DNA of 49,767 nucleotides, filler included, from Basidiobolus ranarum (Eukaryota): NCBI GenBank assembly GCA_040143965.1. It is 2 parts of 2 records of this genome, joined end to end, with 100 filler letters (N's around TTAATTAATTAA, not from the genome) between each part and the next. Parts side by side here need not be neighbours in the genome. Positions count along the whole stretch, not along the records: positions 1 to 24,898 come from JASJQH010000146.1; 1 more part is not named here. One strand, 5' to 3'. This document shows, one piece after another, positions 1-12,804 of this stretch. A model generated the notes under the pieces. It was not told the origin of the DNA. It ran no database searches and saw only the letters and a program-made list of their open reading frames with translations. Position numbers and translations under genes: made by a program. The number at the start of each line of letters is the position of its first letter. The stretch's first letter is position 1.

Positions 1-1396
1 TAGGATCTCCAAGAAAATGTCCTTCAGTCTATGGTGTCCACAAGCTCCAGGTGCTACCATCTAGTCCCAACGTTATGTGTATATTTTAGCTTGTCTTTGG
101 ATACACATAGATGAACCGCGATTATTAGAGTATTGACTTGTTATACTTCTTAACTTAGATAAAAAAATCCTTACGCTATTTCAATAAAAGATATTTTCTG
201 CCTGGAGTAACTCTTCACCAAAGGTTTGAAAATGTTTGAAAGTGTTGATTACCTGCCTACGTTATCGGATAGCATCAGATTATGAAGATTAAGTTTTTGT
301 GGTTGAAGAACATCTTTCAGTAGCAATATGGTACTTTTTAAAGTATCAATTCAGAGCCACTTAAAATTTGGCAGCAATTTCACAATATAATCGACAGTGA
401 GAAATTAATCTTCAATCCACCTCAATCTGATTTGATTTTTGAGTTTTATATCTACGCTGCCATTGCTGATGAACAACTTCAGGTTCCCCGAAATCGGGTT
501 AGAGGGCTTAGATACAGTGTTTGGTAAGATATTTGATAAGAATATATAATTTCAATCTTAACAAATCTTTCTCGTTGACATAGGTATCTTTAAGCCTTTG
601 AGTTCTAGGCTTGAGTCGTACACCAAAATTGTATGCTCCGCTTCACTATCAAGCACCTCTTATGCATACAAAACTAACTATTTCGATAAACTGCTATGAT
701 GTATCCAATACTAGGCTAATTTTATGATTTGTACAAAAGACTCATCCTACGTGTTTTCAAGCAATTGCTTGTCATATGCGCACAGGAATGGCATTTTGTA
801 ACGTAGACTTTGATTTCATTGTCAGTAGGATTTCCCAGGATAACTCATATATATAACAAGTAATGTCTAGACCCTTGCTATTATGGGATTATTAAATTTG
901 AATTTTTCAATTTATTTTTAGATACTGTCAATATTATGATATTATTGGGTGTTAGCTATAAACGAACAAATTAAGATTGCATTTTTACAGGATTATGAAT
1001 ACAGAATATGGACATAGATTATGTGTATATTACATTGTTAGCCTTTGTTTCTCTGCGAAGATACTAATATCAAGCTGGCGAATGAGTAGTAGCGCGCGGA
1101 CCGAACCAAATAAATTTCTCAATACTTGATAAAGCAATTTATTAGTGTATGCTGATCTAATATAAAGTGTATAAAATGGACAAATTAAAAAAACGACTCG
1201 TTTAATCGAAAGATGCATACAAGAATCTACAGCTTCATGTACGTTCAGTATATATATCTGAGCATTTGAATTGTTCAAGTCATCCTGTTCAACACTTGCC
1301 TTCACTCTCTATAGTGTATATATGGAATTCATCCAACTTTTAGATTATTTGGCTACATTCAGTGTATCCTGATAATAAGATTTATTAGATTCTCCT

Positions 1397-1457
1397 ATTT
1401 AAGCCAATTCACATCCATTTAAGTCAATTTACATCCATTTAAGCCAATTCACATCCA
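1397..1457. repeat. Tandem repeat, 3 x 20 bp (ATTTAAGYCAATTYACATCC)
   Basis: Three near-identical 20-nt units directly visible in the sequence. Confidence 0.9.
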
Positions 1458-1966
1458 GCATAACTTTCTAACTATATAAGCTTAATATGCGCTCAACCTC
1501 CTAACTGAATAGCCGTATGTTCTGGTTTCAATGTTACGAGTGAATTTCAGGACTATTGAATTCAGGAATTCGTTACTGACTGCACGGATCCATTCCAACA
1601 TCATTAAGTGATATTTTTATTAGCATCATCATTAGCCCATCATTTGAAATAGCAACGTACTGCCGGATCAATGTGGATTCAACCCCTTCCCTTGAAGTTG
1701 AAACTCGTCAATGATGAATCAGCAAACTTCGAGAAAATGCACCAAGTGTTGACGCATGGGAAAGGGAACCTTATTTGATCAGTTCAAAACGGAAACACCA
1801 ATGTTTGACCCGAACTAGTTAAAATGGAATCATCAATATATTGCAGTACGGAGAATGAATGGGAAAATGTCTTAAAAGCGAAACAATAGTTATAAATAGG
1901 TACAAGTTTGGGTCAATTCAATTTCTAGAGGTCGAATTGCTCTCTGCTTCTGAATTACAAGTAGCT

Positions 1967-2763
1967 ATGTGGTGCACATTTAAAGATTCACTTGTATATC
2001 ATCCAAGCCATTCTTTGGTTTGGCTATTACTAGTTGTCTTGTCAGGTCAGTTAGTAACGTCCACTCCGTACCTCGATGATTCTGCTGGAATAACTATAGA
2101 AGATCACCACTGGGAGAAGCCGAGAAACGCAATTCGGGGGCCATGCCCAGTGTTGAATTCTCTCGCTAACCATGGCTACCTCCCGCGTTCTGGGCAAAAT
2201 ATCACAATTTCTCAATTCCGACAGGGGCTGGATGATTCTGTAAATATGCATTTCCTCCCTCGCGACACATTAGTGCTAGTATTTTACAGCCTACTTGGAA
2301 AACAAACGGAAGCAGGTTTGGTTCTACCGAGCCTTCGAGACCTGAAGATTCATAACGTAGTAGAACACGATTTCTCACTATCGCGTAAGGATACTTAGGG
2401 GATCCAGTAAAAGCAGATCCAGAATTACTCAAGCAATTGATAAATGCCTCAAGTGATGGGGAATGGTTCACCTTGCAGGACTTGGCTAGGCTGAGCAACA
2501 AGCGCATAAAAGACAGTCTAAAAAATAATCCAAAAGTTTCTTATGATTTCAGACTTAAGGCAAACAGCCAAGTTGAGATGGCAGCATTGATCGATACTTT
2601 TGGTAAAGGTAAAAAAGTATCAAAGCAGACGGTAATAGATTTGTTTGTTCACGAACGACTCCCAGAAGACTTTAAAAGATCCAAAGTGGCTACATTGGTA
2701 CCAGTCATTAGCAATTTCTTGGAACTTGCCATTAGATCGAAAATATTAAATCCAGAAATATAG
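1967..2763 (+). pseudogene. Heme-thiolate peroxidase (chloroperoxidase/unspecific peroxygenase family), frameshifted at ~2392
   Basis: Hydrophobic N-terminus, RGPCPVLNSLANHGYLPR (PCP heme-ligand motif) and EHDFSLSRKD. The frame stops at TAG 2396-2398, while a shifted frame continues YLGDPVKADPELL...FVHERLPEDF to 2763. Start codon uncertain. Confidence 0.8.
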
Positions 2764-3259
2764 TGAAGCTGAGTATTACAACCTTCGCCTTGCTTTTCAT
2801 AATAAACGAATTAAAACTTGTTTCAATCGTGGTAGCGTTGACTATTATTATTATTAGTAGCGTATGCAAACATTGCTATCTGTCACTTCTATGTCAGAAT
2901 CCCCTCATTCCTCTAAATCATAAGACAGCGACGTTGATGTGCCTTCTTTTCCACTCGCTTTATCAGAAGTTGTGCTATGAAACCAATCATTACTAATTAT
3001 TCAAAGCAGCCGATGAATAGCCAACTGCTAATAGCTTAAAACTAGCTTATGCAATCTAAGAGAAGGAACTTTAAGGACCAGAGATAGATGATCGCGACCT
3101 ACTCTACTGTGTTAGTATCAGTATTTGTTTATCGGCCTTAGTGTTGAGGTACAGTTGATACATTACTCTAACCATTGAATCAAGCACTGCCATTCCAGCT
3201 CAAATAAAAGGCGAGCCTTAGACCCTAATGAACACAAATCATTTCATTCCTCTTTATAC

Positions 3260-5759
3260 GTATATGACCGTCTCCACCACTACCCAGTCCACTTTTTATG
3301 GAGTCAGAAGAGTAAAGAAAGTCCTGATTCCCATGTAACTTAAATTAGTGCGCATTGATATTATACTAGGTTGAATACTGACATGAATGTCAATTAGATG
3401 TTTCTTCAGAGAAAGCCAATCGAATTGAGAACAGCAATTTGGTCCGCTTTGTCGAGGCGTATCGTACCTTTGGTCACAAATGCGCCAAGATTGGATATGT
3501 GGGCTCGAACGTATGTTTCATCCTCCATGTTGCATCCACTATGTTTCATCTATATCGCCGGAGTTAACCAGATTTATTTCTAGTCATGAGTCATCTTTAG
3601 ATCCGGAATTGTATGGACTCAACAAAAACACTAAATTGTATGCACTTGAAGGTAACTTTTGTTTGTTTGTATCTTTGTATTCATTTCGTCTTACCTATCA
3701 TATGTCAGGGATCTTGAGCATGAATGGGCTTGAGAAAGCGACACTTGCTCAGATCATCGATCACTTGGAAAGAACCTATTGTTCCCACATAGCGTTCGAG
3801 TTCATGCATATAGCGGTAAGCCTATCAAAGCAGTACTCAGTTGATGTGAATCTTAGCTAATATTTAACTTAGGATGAAAATTTACGCAGATGGTTTATGA
3901 ACAAAGCAGGAACCTATATCAACACTCTTTTTACGGAACAAGAAAAGCTGCAATTTCTAGATTTGATCACTAGATCCGAAACATTCTAAGAGTGTTCAGA
4001 TGCATGGTGATGGAGGATTTACTGGACAAAGGGTGGTAACCGAAACTCTTGGTTTGGCCAATCTCCCACACTTCACTACCGGAGGCCTTATTCATATAAT
4101 ATTGAACAATCAAGTTAGTGTATCCACCGATTCTACCAATGGACGTTCTACTACGTATTCATCTGATATCGGCAAGATGATTGAAACACCAGTTATACAT
4201 GTTAATGGGGATTATCCGGAGTTTGCAGCTATAGCCGGAAGAATTGCCGTTGATTATCGTAAGGCATTCGGAAAAGACATCATCATTGAGATGATCTCCT
4301 ATCGTCGGCATGGGCATCATGAGGCTGAAGATCCTTATTGTGCACAACCATTAATGTACAAGTCGATAGAGACTCGTGATAGTGTGATAAGTCTTTATTC
4401 TGAGCAACTGGTGAGTGAAAGAGTTATTCCATCCGTAGAAACCATAAGTTCAATCAAGGAAAGGCATAACGCTCATATCTTAGATTGCTATCGCAATGCA
4501 TCCAAATATCAAGTTAGACCGTCACATATGCTCGGAAAATGGAAATCCATGGTGATCCCATTAGAGACAGTGTGTAAGATGGATACTGGAGTAAACCTGG
4601 AACTTCTTCGTAAAGTGGGAATTCAATCAGTGACCGTTCCCAAACATATCATAGTGAATGCAAAGATGATGAAGCTTAACATCGAACCCCGCTTGACCCA
4701 GATGAAAGAAGAAAAGAACCTAGGCTATGCTGCTGCCGAGGCTATGACTATTGCTCGTATTTGCGGACAAGATGTAGCGCGTGGTGTGTTTATACCTAGA
4801 CATACAATGATTAATTGTCAGGAAACTAACACCAAGTATACACCTCTGAATGCACTAGTGGAAAATTGGAATTGGTAGACAGTCCACTTGGGGAACTAGC
4901 AGTTATGGGATATGAATATGGTATGTCTTTGGAAACTCCAAATCGTCTGAATATATGGGAAGCACAAATTGGCGATTTTTCAAATGGAGCTCAAGAGATG
5001 ATCGATAGCTTTATTTCTGGCGGAGAAGAGAAATGGTTGAGACAATCAGGTATTGTTTTGGTTCTTCCGCATGGCTATGAAGGTGCTGGTCCCGAACATA
5101 CTTCATGCCGCATAGAACGCTTCCTCCAAATTTCTAGTGATCGGTACGATGTAACTAACCCAAATATTCCCAATAATGTCAATTGGCATGTAGTCAATTG
5201 CTCTACTCCAGCTCATTATTTCCACGTTCTACGTCGTCAAATGAAGCGTAACTTTCCCAAGCCATTAATTATTGTGGGCCCCAAAAAATTGGTACGACTT
5301 CCGAACGCAGTCTCCGATTTTGCTCCAGGGACTTCATTCCAACCGGTGATACCTGATACTGAAGCCAATAATCAATCAGTACGACGAGTAGTCTTTGTCT
5401 CGGGAAAATTATATTATGAATTACATGAACAAAGGGCGAAGAGAGATTTGGTTCACCAGATTGCTCTAGTCAGAGCGGAAGAATTCTCACCATTCCCCAA
5501 AGATGACTTGGTGACTGAGATCTCCAAATATCATGATGCATCAGAGTTTGTCTGGTGTCAAGAAGAAACTCAAAATGGTGGTGCTTGGTTCTTTATGGAG
5601 TCAAGATTTAATCAGATCTTACCTCGTGAACAAAGGCCAAAATACATTGGAAGATCTAACTGTGCAGCCCCTGCCAACGGTATTTACGTGATGCATCTTA
5701 ATGAGCAAGCCCTCAGCATTCCGCTATATACAGCCACACATCATATGCTAATCCAATAA
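3260..5759 (+). pseudogene. DHTKD1-like 2-oxoadipate/2-oxoglutarate dehydrogenase E1 component, decayed copy
   Basis: Recognisable blocks LVRFVEAYRTFGH, LERTYCSHIAFEFMH, MHGDGGFTGQ...NNQ (ThDP motif), IWEAQIGDFSNGAQ, LPHGYEGAGPEHTSCRIERFLQ. Lesions: stop after RSETF, large internal deletion before MHGD, small deletion before GQDV, frameshift at ~4866. 5' boundary approximate. Confidence 0.85.
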
Positions 5760-6264
5760 TACGCTATTTGTATTAATTTCATGTATTGATTTGCAAACCA
5801 TCCCTAGAATTTAGATGGAAAGTAACCTAAGTATTTTCATTAAAAGCGATCGACTATTAATAATAGTTTTCTCAGATTGGACGGTTTTAGAAGCGGGAGT
5901 GAAAGTGGGGTAACTAGATGGGATATATATAACCATTTAATATATTAAATTGATGATTCGTAGACAATCGGCAACATTAATTGATGGCTAATGGTTGAAC
6001 AATAAAAATCACTACCATTCATATTACTAAATGCGGACCAAAATCTGCGCCCGCCTTATTGGGTCACCTATCAAGGATATTTTGTTCTATTTTCCCATCT
6101 TCTCTATACCGTGATCTACTTGGATTTTAGTGTTCGTATTTTCTACAAGATTGCCTTATCTTTAAAGAACCTTCTCCTTAACACCACTTCACTAAACATA
6201 TATAAGGGTATCGAGATACCATAAACCATTTTCTATAATTCTACCTTACAAAAGACATAATAGC

Positions 6265-8230
6265 ATGCCTAACTTACCAAGGCATTTGAATGAAACTCGA
6301 GCAGTTGGTAATCAAGGAAGTTATTTTTTACGTCTCTTCAACCCAAGAGTATTTTTTCGTCGTCGTCTAGTGATTCTAATCTTTTCTGCGATATGTTTAT
6401 TATTAATATACTGCAATAGTAGTATGAATTCCAAAAAGTTCGACTTTACTCACTCAGAGAACGGTTTAACGGACCAGACTGAGGCGATGATTGAGAGCAA
6501 AGAAAGAAAGCCTTCCTTAATTCCTGCACCTAAATTAAATAATCCTGCTGATAGACTCTATCAGAGTATTGAGCACAAACAAACATCTCTGGAACGACAA
6601 AGAAAGATAAAGGCAGCTGTATTATCTACTTGGAGTACATATTATAGAAATGCATTTGGTCAAGATGAGATTGCACCTTTGACCAAAGAAGGTAGACAAA
6701 CTCATAACGGTTGGGGAGCTACAGCAGTCGACTCTTTAGATACCTTACTGGTACTCTATTCTCAGTATGATTACATACAGGCCAAGCAGCATGTCAAAAC
6801 CATGAATTTTTCTCAAGGCACGAATGTTCCCTTTTTCGAAACCATTAGTCGGTATATAGGTGGTCTACTCGGTGCATACGAACTGATGCAAGATTCTATC
6901 ATGTCAGAGAAAGCAGCGGAACTCGGGAAAGCACTAGCCCAAGCATTCGAGTCGCCTTCTGGAATCCCTTACTCCTCATTAAACTTTACCTCTGAGACAA
7001 CGACATCAACTGTCAATACTGAAGGATCTTTGTTGGGTGAAATCGGTGGAATACAAATTGAATTTAATCGATTAACCCAAATCACTGGCAAGTCATTTTA
7101 CTTCGAAAAATCCCAACAGATCCTGGAAATTCTTAGTCAAAAGAGTACGCCGATTCGTGGACTTTATCCTCAGTACATTGATCCCAACACCGGTGAATTT
7201 AAGAGCAACACAATTTCGATGGAAAAGAAGGGACATCGATTTTACGAAACATTATTAAAGCAGTACTTATTTTCTGTCAATACATTAGAACAATACAGAA
7301 ATATGTGTAAGTGGGTTTAAATTTCTTTTTAAACGAAACAAAATCCTAACATATGTCATTGTTAGATGAGCAGTCCATGGACGCACTCTCCAGTCATTTA
7401 ATTTACCGAAATTCTCAAGGTCAAACGTTTTTAACGAGTCTGGATGAAGAAGGTAACATGTTGGAAACAATGAACCACGAGGCGTGCGCAGTCCCTGGGA
7501 TGCTAGCACTTGGAGCGCAAACTTTAGATCGCCCCCAAGATCTTCAATTGGCTGAGGAATTGATGGAAACTTGTATCCAGATGGCCGCGGCAACATCCAC
7601 TGGCTTATCCCCCAGTAAAATTGGATGGACCACCGAACGTGAATATGATACGTTTACATTGGAACACAAAAGCCAAATGATCAAGCACGGCTTCTATGTA
7701 CTAGACAAAGAATACCAATTATGGCCTGGTAAGCTAATAACACAAGTAAATGGCGCACCATACCACCCATACTGATATACCCTTACAGAGATGGCCGAGA
7801 GCTTGTTTATGCTGTATCGTGTTACTTCCGACCGTAAATATCAAGAAACTGGATGGCAATTGTTTTTGGTAAGTTCATTAGTACTAATCGATAAAAGTGA
7901 AATGGTAAATGTTGAATCATCTTCCAAATCACGTGTAGAATCTTCAAAGCCACTGTAAAGCTGGTTATGGATTCAGTGGATTGAAGGATGTCAATGATGA
8001 AAACTCCGAGGACAATCGAATGGAAAGGTACTTTTATGAATACATGAATGGCCATGGTAGTTCTGATTTAACCTTAACTTTCTTCTAGTCAATTTTTGGG
8101 CAAAAGCATGAAGTATTTGTATCTTTTATTTACTGCCAATGACTTTCTACCCATCGACGAATATTTATTTACCACTGGTGGTCACGTGATTCGTATACCA
8201 AGAAAATGGGAATCTCTCTCCAAACCCTAA
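6265..8230 (+). CDS. Glycoside hydrolase family 47 (class I alpha-1,2-mannosidase-like) type II membrane protein, 5 exons
   Basis: N-terminal TM anchor; AFGQDEIAP, GWGATAVDSLDTL, FFETISRYIGGLLGAY, PEMAESLF, MES...KYLYLLF. GT-AG introns at about 7307-7365, 7729-7788, 7869-7938 and 8028-8088. Confidence 0.88.
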
Positions 8231-8571
8231 TAACCTCTCCCATTTATCACGATACCAAGATTTTGAACGTATATAAATCCCGTGTATATTTATGATGACA
8301 ACCTCTAAATGTCTCTTTTTCTTGGGGTATGAGATACTCAATCCTTATCAAATGAAAGCAAAAATTGGGACTAGATCTCGACTAGTAATGATTGGCGGCA
8401 ATATAGAAAGGTTTATTTACATCTTCAACAATATTCGATCCAGGGGAAATGATATAGAGTCCATTAAGAAAAAGGCGATATTGTAAAAGTTCAATGCTTG
8501 TGTATATATATAAGAATATAATTCAATGATAACATGAAGATTAGATTGCTCATTCAAGTGATTTAGAAAGT

Positions 8572-9249
8572 CTAAACGGATGTTGAGTTTTTCTCCAACA
8601 GCAATTCACGTAACCATTCCACCTCCTTCTCCAATTCCTTGACCTTAGCTTCCATGGCTTCGGCTTTGGTGGTCATTTCCTGTACGGTGGTTTCTAACAC
8701 TTGTTCACGCATCTTCTTTTTGACTCTAAATCTAGCTGAGGCAGCAGTATTTCTTCTACGCTTGTCTTCTTCAAGGTTGCTTTCGGATCCTGGCTTTCCA
8801 TCGACGCCGTTTTCTTTGCTGGAATTCTTACGCTTGTTTGAAGAGATCGAATTGGGTTGCTCTTCAAAGGAGGGTGAGTTACTTGGTAAATGAAAATTTG
8901 GATGTCCATGGATTTGATGGGGGGTCACTGAGGATAAAGGGAATGCGGGGTGAGGAGACATCAATCCAGTGAACTCGGTATTTTCAGCATAATAGGTCAA
9001 GTCAGGAGAGATCCCTGATTGACTCAAAGCGGGTGTGTTGAGAGGTGATGTGTGCATATTTACGATATATGGATCGAAAGTGGAAGAGACCATATGATTA
9101 TCATTGGGCTTTAAAGCAGAGTCGTATGTAAACTGGGCTGTACTCCACAAGTTCAACTCTTCCTTCATCACTTGGCTCCCAGAGTCGGAGATACCCCCGA
9201 GGTTGAAATCCAAGGGAGTCAGAAAATTAAATGGACTGTAATCTGACAT
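8572..9249 (-). CDS. bZIP transcription factor, MetR/CYS-3/Zip1-like sulfur regulator
   Basis: Basic region EEDKRRRNTAASARFRVKKK followed by a leucine zipper; N-terminal ELNLWSTAQFTYD motif resembles MetR-type proteins. Confidence 0.85.
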   Translation of the reverse strand: MSDYSPFNFLTPLDFNLGGISDSGSQVMKEELNLWSTAQFTYDSALKPNDNHMVSSTFDPYIVNMHTSPLNTPALSQSGISPDLTYYAENTEFTGLMSPHPAFPLSSVTPHQIHGHPNFHLPSNSPSFEEQPNSISSNKRKNSSKENGVDGKPGSESNLEEDKRRRNTAASARFRVKKKMREQVLETTVQEMTTKAEAMEAKVKELEKEVEWLRELLLEKNSTSV

Positions 9250-9559
9250 AGTTTCTAGCTATAGCTGGGAATGAATTTCATGCACTTAGTAAGAAGGAAA
9301 AGTGAAAAAAGATGATTGAAAGAGGGCGAGGGTGATGTCTAATTATATAAGAATTCTAAACTACGGAACAAAGAATGAGATCGGGATCTTGATCAATTCG
9401 GCTTCAATCAGATTCAACATAGATAACCAATTGATTACTAATGGCTAGTAGAAGCGGAAAATTCTGACTATTAAGGTTGAGCAGTGAGTTTACCCGATGC
9501 AGCGAATAGATAAGCACTCACTAACCTTGATGCTTATTCCATAAATATAAGGGGTGAAG

Positions 9560-9566
9560 TGACTCA
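9560..9566. promoter_or_regulatory. Gcn4/CpcA (AP-1) type site TGACTCA upstream of the bZIP gene
   Basis: Exact 7-mer about 310 bp upstream of the bZIP ATG; function untested. Confidence 0.3.
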
Positions 9567-10029
9567 TGGCTGAGATGAAATCTAACACCGCCGGATCAAT
9601 CTACAAACACTATATATATACATTCATGTCACTTGCACTTCGGTTGAACACGCTGAAGGGATGATGCTGGGTGGATGACCCTACTCTTACAGGATTTAGC
9701 CATCACAATCAGATCATCAGCCAATGGGCCCAGGTGTTGATGAACAATCACTGTATTACATTGTGGAAAGTACAACAGAGACGGCAACACTACTTGATTA
9801 TCATTTCGAAACCTGAATCAAGCCCTGAAGGGCCCAGAGTAGGAGTAAATGGTTCTTCATGGTCTTCTGTGATTCCGGGTGGTTAAGCAGGTAACAAGTA
9901 TGGGAGCAGCAAAATAAGGTTAGATTCCACTTCTATACTGGTTTGACCTTGGATTTAGGCGTTTTATAGGTTTGTGTTGCCAACCTTTGCGACATATGTT
10001 AGTGCATCCGCCAGTGACAGTGACTTCCA

Positions 10030-10730
10030 CATCGCACTTAGTAGTGAGTACGTAGATTGATTTGAATAACTCTCCCTGTATATGGTCAAGTTCTTGTGAA
10101 AAGATAAATATCAATCTGCTTTAGAATCACAAATCCTGTTATTGGCTACGTTTCAAGAATGGGTTCATTTTTATCTGGACTTGAGGGTTAGTTCTCTTTT
10201 GGAGCTGGATTTAAGATGGGTCAGGAGTTACAAGCGAACTAAGCTTCTGGTGTATTTTCAGTACAAGTATCTTGGTGTTACTAGCAATGGTAAAAAGTGA
10301 ATAATACCAAAAATATCTTTGAGCGAACCTAGTAATATAATGGATGGTTTGGAAGATTTCGTATCTAAGAAGCCATTTAGCTGTTGATATAACAATAGTT
10401 GATATCCGTTGGGTTTCTTCTCCACTGCATCTTCAAAGATTTTGTACCATATTCTATTTACTCGGAATGAACCATTACAAGCAATAATCCAGATCTTGAT
10501 GAAGAGTTATGGGTATAATAATCAGGAAGGTACCAAGAATTGGGCAAAAATTGTCACTATTGACAGCAATGTTGTTAAAGCTGGATTAACCACGATTCTC
10601 GCTGAAACAGTAGATAAGTAGTATTTCCGTTGATAAGCAGATGCTAACCTCTTTCTTAAGCTAAACGCATAATGGCGCTATGGTATAAACTGGCTCAGTA
10701 AAAAAAATCAACAAAGCTGGATACAAAGAA
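10030..10730 (+). mobile_element. Possible highly decayed non-LTR (LINE) reverse transcriptase relic
   Basis: Stop-interrupted translations HLVVST*IDLNN..., CEKININLL*NHKS, FQYKYLGV resemble RT subdomains 5-7 in the expected order; no intact YADD. Confidence 0.3.
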
Positions 10731-11118
10731 GGATTAAAATTATTTGGATAATATAGCTTTGCACTCATACATTAGTATGTAGGTTATATTTTGGAGATAT
10801 CGAGCAACAACCAATTTTCTTACATTTGATCAAATTTTTAGAATTTTTAGCAATCTTAAACATCTCCAATATCTACACGAAACATAGTAACAAACTCATC
10901 AGTCGGAGACCCTAGTTCAGCATAAACACATGGATTGGACTTTGATACATTTCGTAAATAACAGCAAGTGCTTTATTGATAAATTTTTAATGAGATGATT
11001 TTTGTTAATTTGTAGCGATAAGATATTTTTGATAAGGTGGATATTTTCATTAGTGTCCCTGACACTATCTACCATTTCCAAATTCCAGTGGTCATGGTAA
11101 CTTTTGCTTTGATGAGAA

Positions 11119-11697
11119 CTATTGAGTAGTCTCTCCAGTGGTGGGCCAGTCACAAGCAATACTTCCTTCAGTAGTTTTACAAATCGTACCTTGGGCACAG
11201 CTACTTGGGGTCCATTTACCGAAGACACACCATTTGAATTCGGGTGAGCTATCACCAACACATTGGTATTTTCCATCTTCACATTCTCCAGATCCTTCAG
11301 TAGGAGCTGGAGGGGCTGAGCTCTCGGAAACTGTGGGTAATGTTGCACTTGGGACGGATGATGAGTCAACGGCGGAAGTAGGCAATATACTAGCTGAATC
11401 AGTTTCCGAAGAAATAGATGTAGATTGGGCTGGTTCAGTTGAAGTCACATCATTTGATGGTTCGGCTTCGGTTGAACTACTGTCAGAAGAGTCATCTGAT
11501 GATGGAGAGTCTGAGACTGGTTCAGTGGCAGTGGCGGTTTCGGTAGCAGTAACGGTAGGCAGAATATCGGAAATATTACCATCGGTTACTGTAGGGACGG
11601 ATACTTCTGTTGCGGCGGATGCGCTATCTTGAGCAACCACTTGCACCGAGTAGAATGCAACGAGAGCGAGAAGAGTGGCAGAAGCTTGGAATTTCAT
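11119..11697 (-). CDS. Secreted Ser/Thr-rich protein with C-terminal six-Cys chitin-binding (CBM19-like) domain
   Basis: Signal peptide MKFQASATLLALVAFYSVQVVA, low-complexity S/T/E/P stalk, then CEDGKYQC...KWCVFGKWTPSSCAQGTIC...IACDWP. Confidence 0.8.
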   Translation of the reverse strand: MKFQASATLLALVAFYSVQVVAQDSASAATEVSVPTVTDGNISDILPTVTATETATATEPVSDSPSSDDSSDSSSTEAEPSNDVTSTEPAQSTSISSETDSASILPTSAVDSSSVPSATLPTVSESSAPPAPTEGSGECEDGKYQCVGDSSPEFKWCVFGKWTPSSCAQGTICKTTEGSIACDWPTTGETTQ

Positions 11698-12804
11698 GTT
11701 GATAAATTTGACTTAAAAGTGGAAGTTGTTCGAATGTACTTGTGTAGTTCAATGAAATGTCAGATGTGACTATGAATTGATTGTTGAATTGACAGATGGA
11801 GAATTGGACTGATTTTATACTAAAATGATCGCTAACAAACCGACAAGATAGATTTCAAAAGATTGGGAATCGAAATATATGACTATTGTTACCAATGAAA
11901 AGATTCTTGGCTTTCTTTTTGCGGAAGGTCACTGAACTTTATTTTCAGATACCGTTTGCGGAGTATTGCATACGATTACGAATTTATGCGTGAGGTGAAG
12001 TATGCTTAATACAATATTTCACTTTACCTTCATAAATGAACCCATTAACAATGGTATCTAACCAACACCATGTCATCAAGATTAATGATCATTATTACGT
12101 AAATGGTATGTTTACCGTTTTTATGGTCTTGGCTTTCAATCAGCATCAAGGTTACCGTTACGGCTACGGCGAAATCATTAGGGATAGGGGAGGACTCAAG
12201 GTGATGAGTTACTTGAGGAATTTACTAAGCGTAATCAGTAATCATTCAATATGCCAAGATCACTTAGGGTTAGTCACTTATCTACGCGCTGTGTTTCAGC
12301 TTAGATTAGAATTCCCAGATACGTTTAACTAATCACGGATTGGAATGTAAAAATAGAAGAAACCATTACATCAAGAATTGACTATTACTATTTTGCCAAG
12401 TATTAAGTAGAGAATACTATACATATAACACCAACCCTAACCCTAATGCTATACTCACTTTAGACGTGTTATACTATCGAAGATGATTTATTTAAATGAG
12501 CAATTTTTATAAGGGACATCGTCTACTCTCCTTTACTCTATAATGGTGGATTCAAAAGAAAATGTATGATTAACGGCTACATACCTACAGTATAACAAAA
12601 ATAAGCAAGAAAGTGAAAGATAAAGTAGAACAAGAATATTGCAAATTTTACATGCAAAAAAGAAGAATATGTTGAATAACTGATGTAATAAATGATTTCC
12701 AAAATAGAAATAACCAAATTAAACTTTCGTCTATAACTTCAATCGATTGGATATATGTACGGAGGGGTTGATTTTAGATGCTTGATTTCTATTACAAACA
12801 CCAT

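Noticed and set aside
1..1850. Stop-interrupted reading frames and ORF 1030-1305
   Set aside because: No recognisable protein or transposon motif; cannot be supported without a search.
2763..2996. 77-aa hydrophobic ORF
   Set aside because: GTG start in a eukaryote, lies in the 3' flank of the peroxidase, no recognisable motif.
11138..11632. 164-aa antisense ORF, and similar ones at 8639, 13674, 38325 and 41088
   Set aside because: Shadow ORFs on the opposite strand of real genes.
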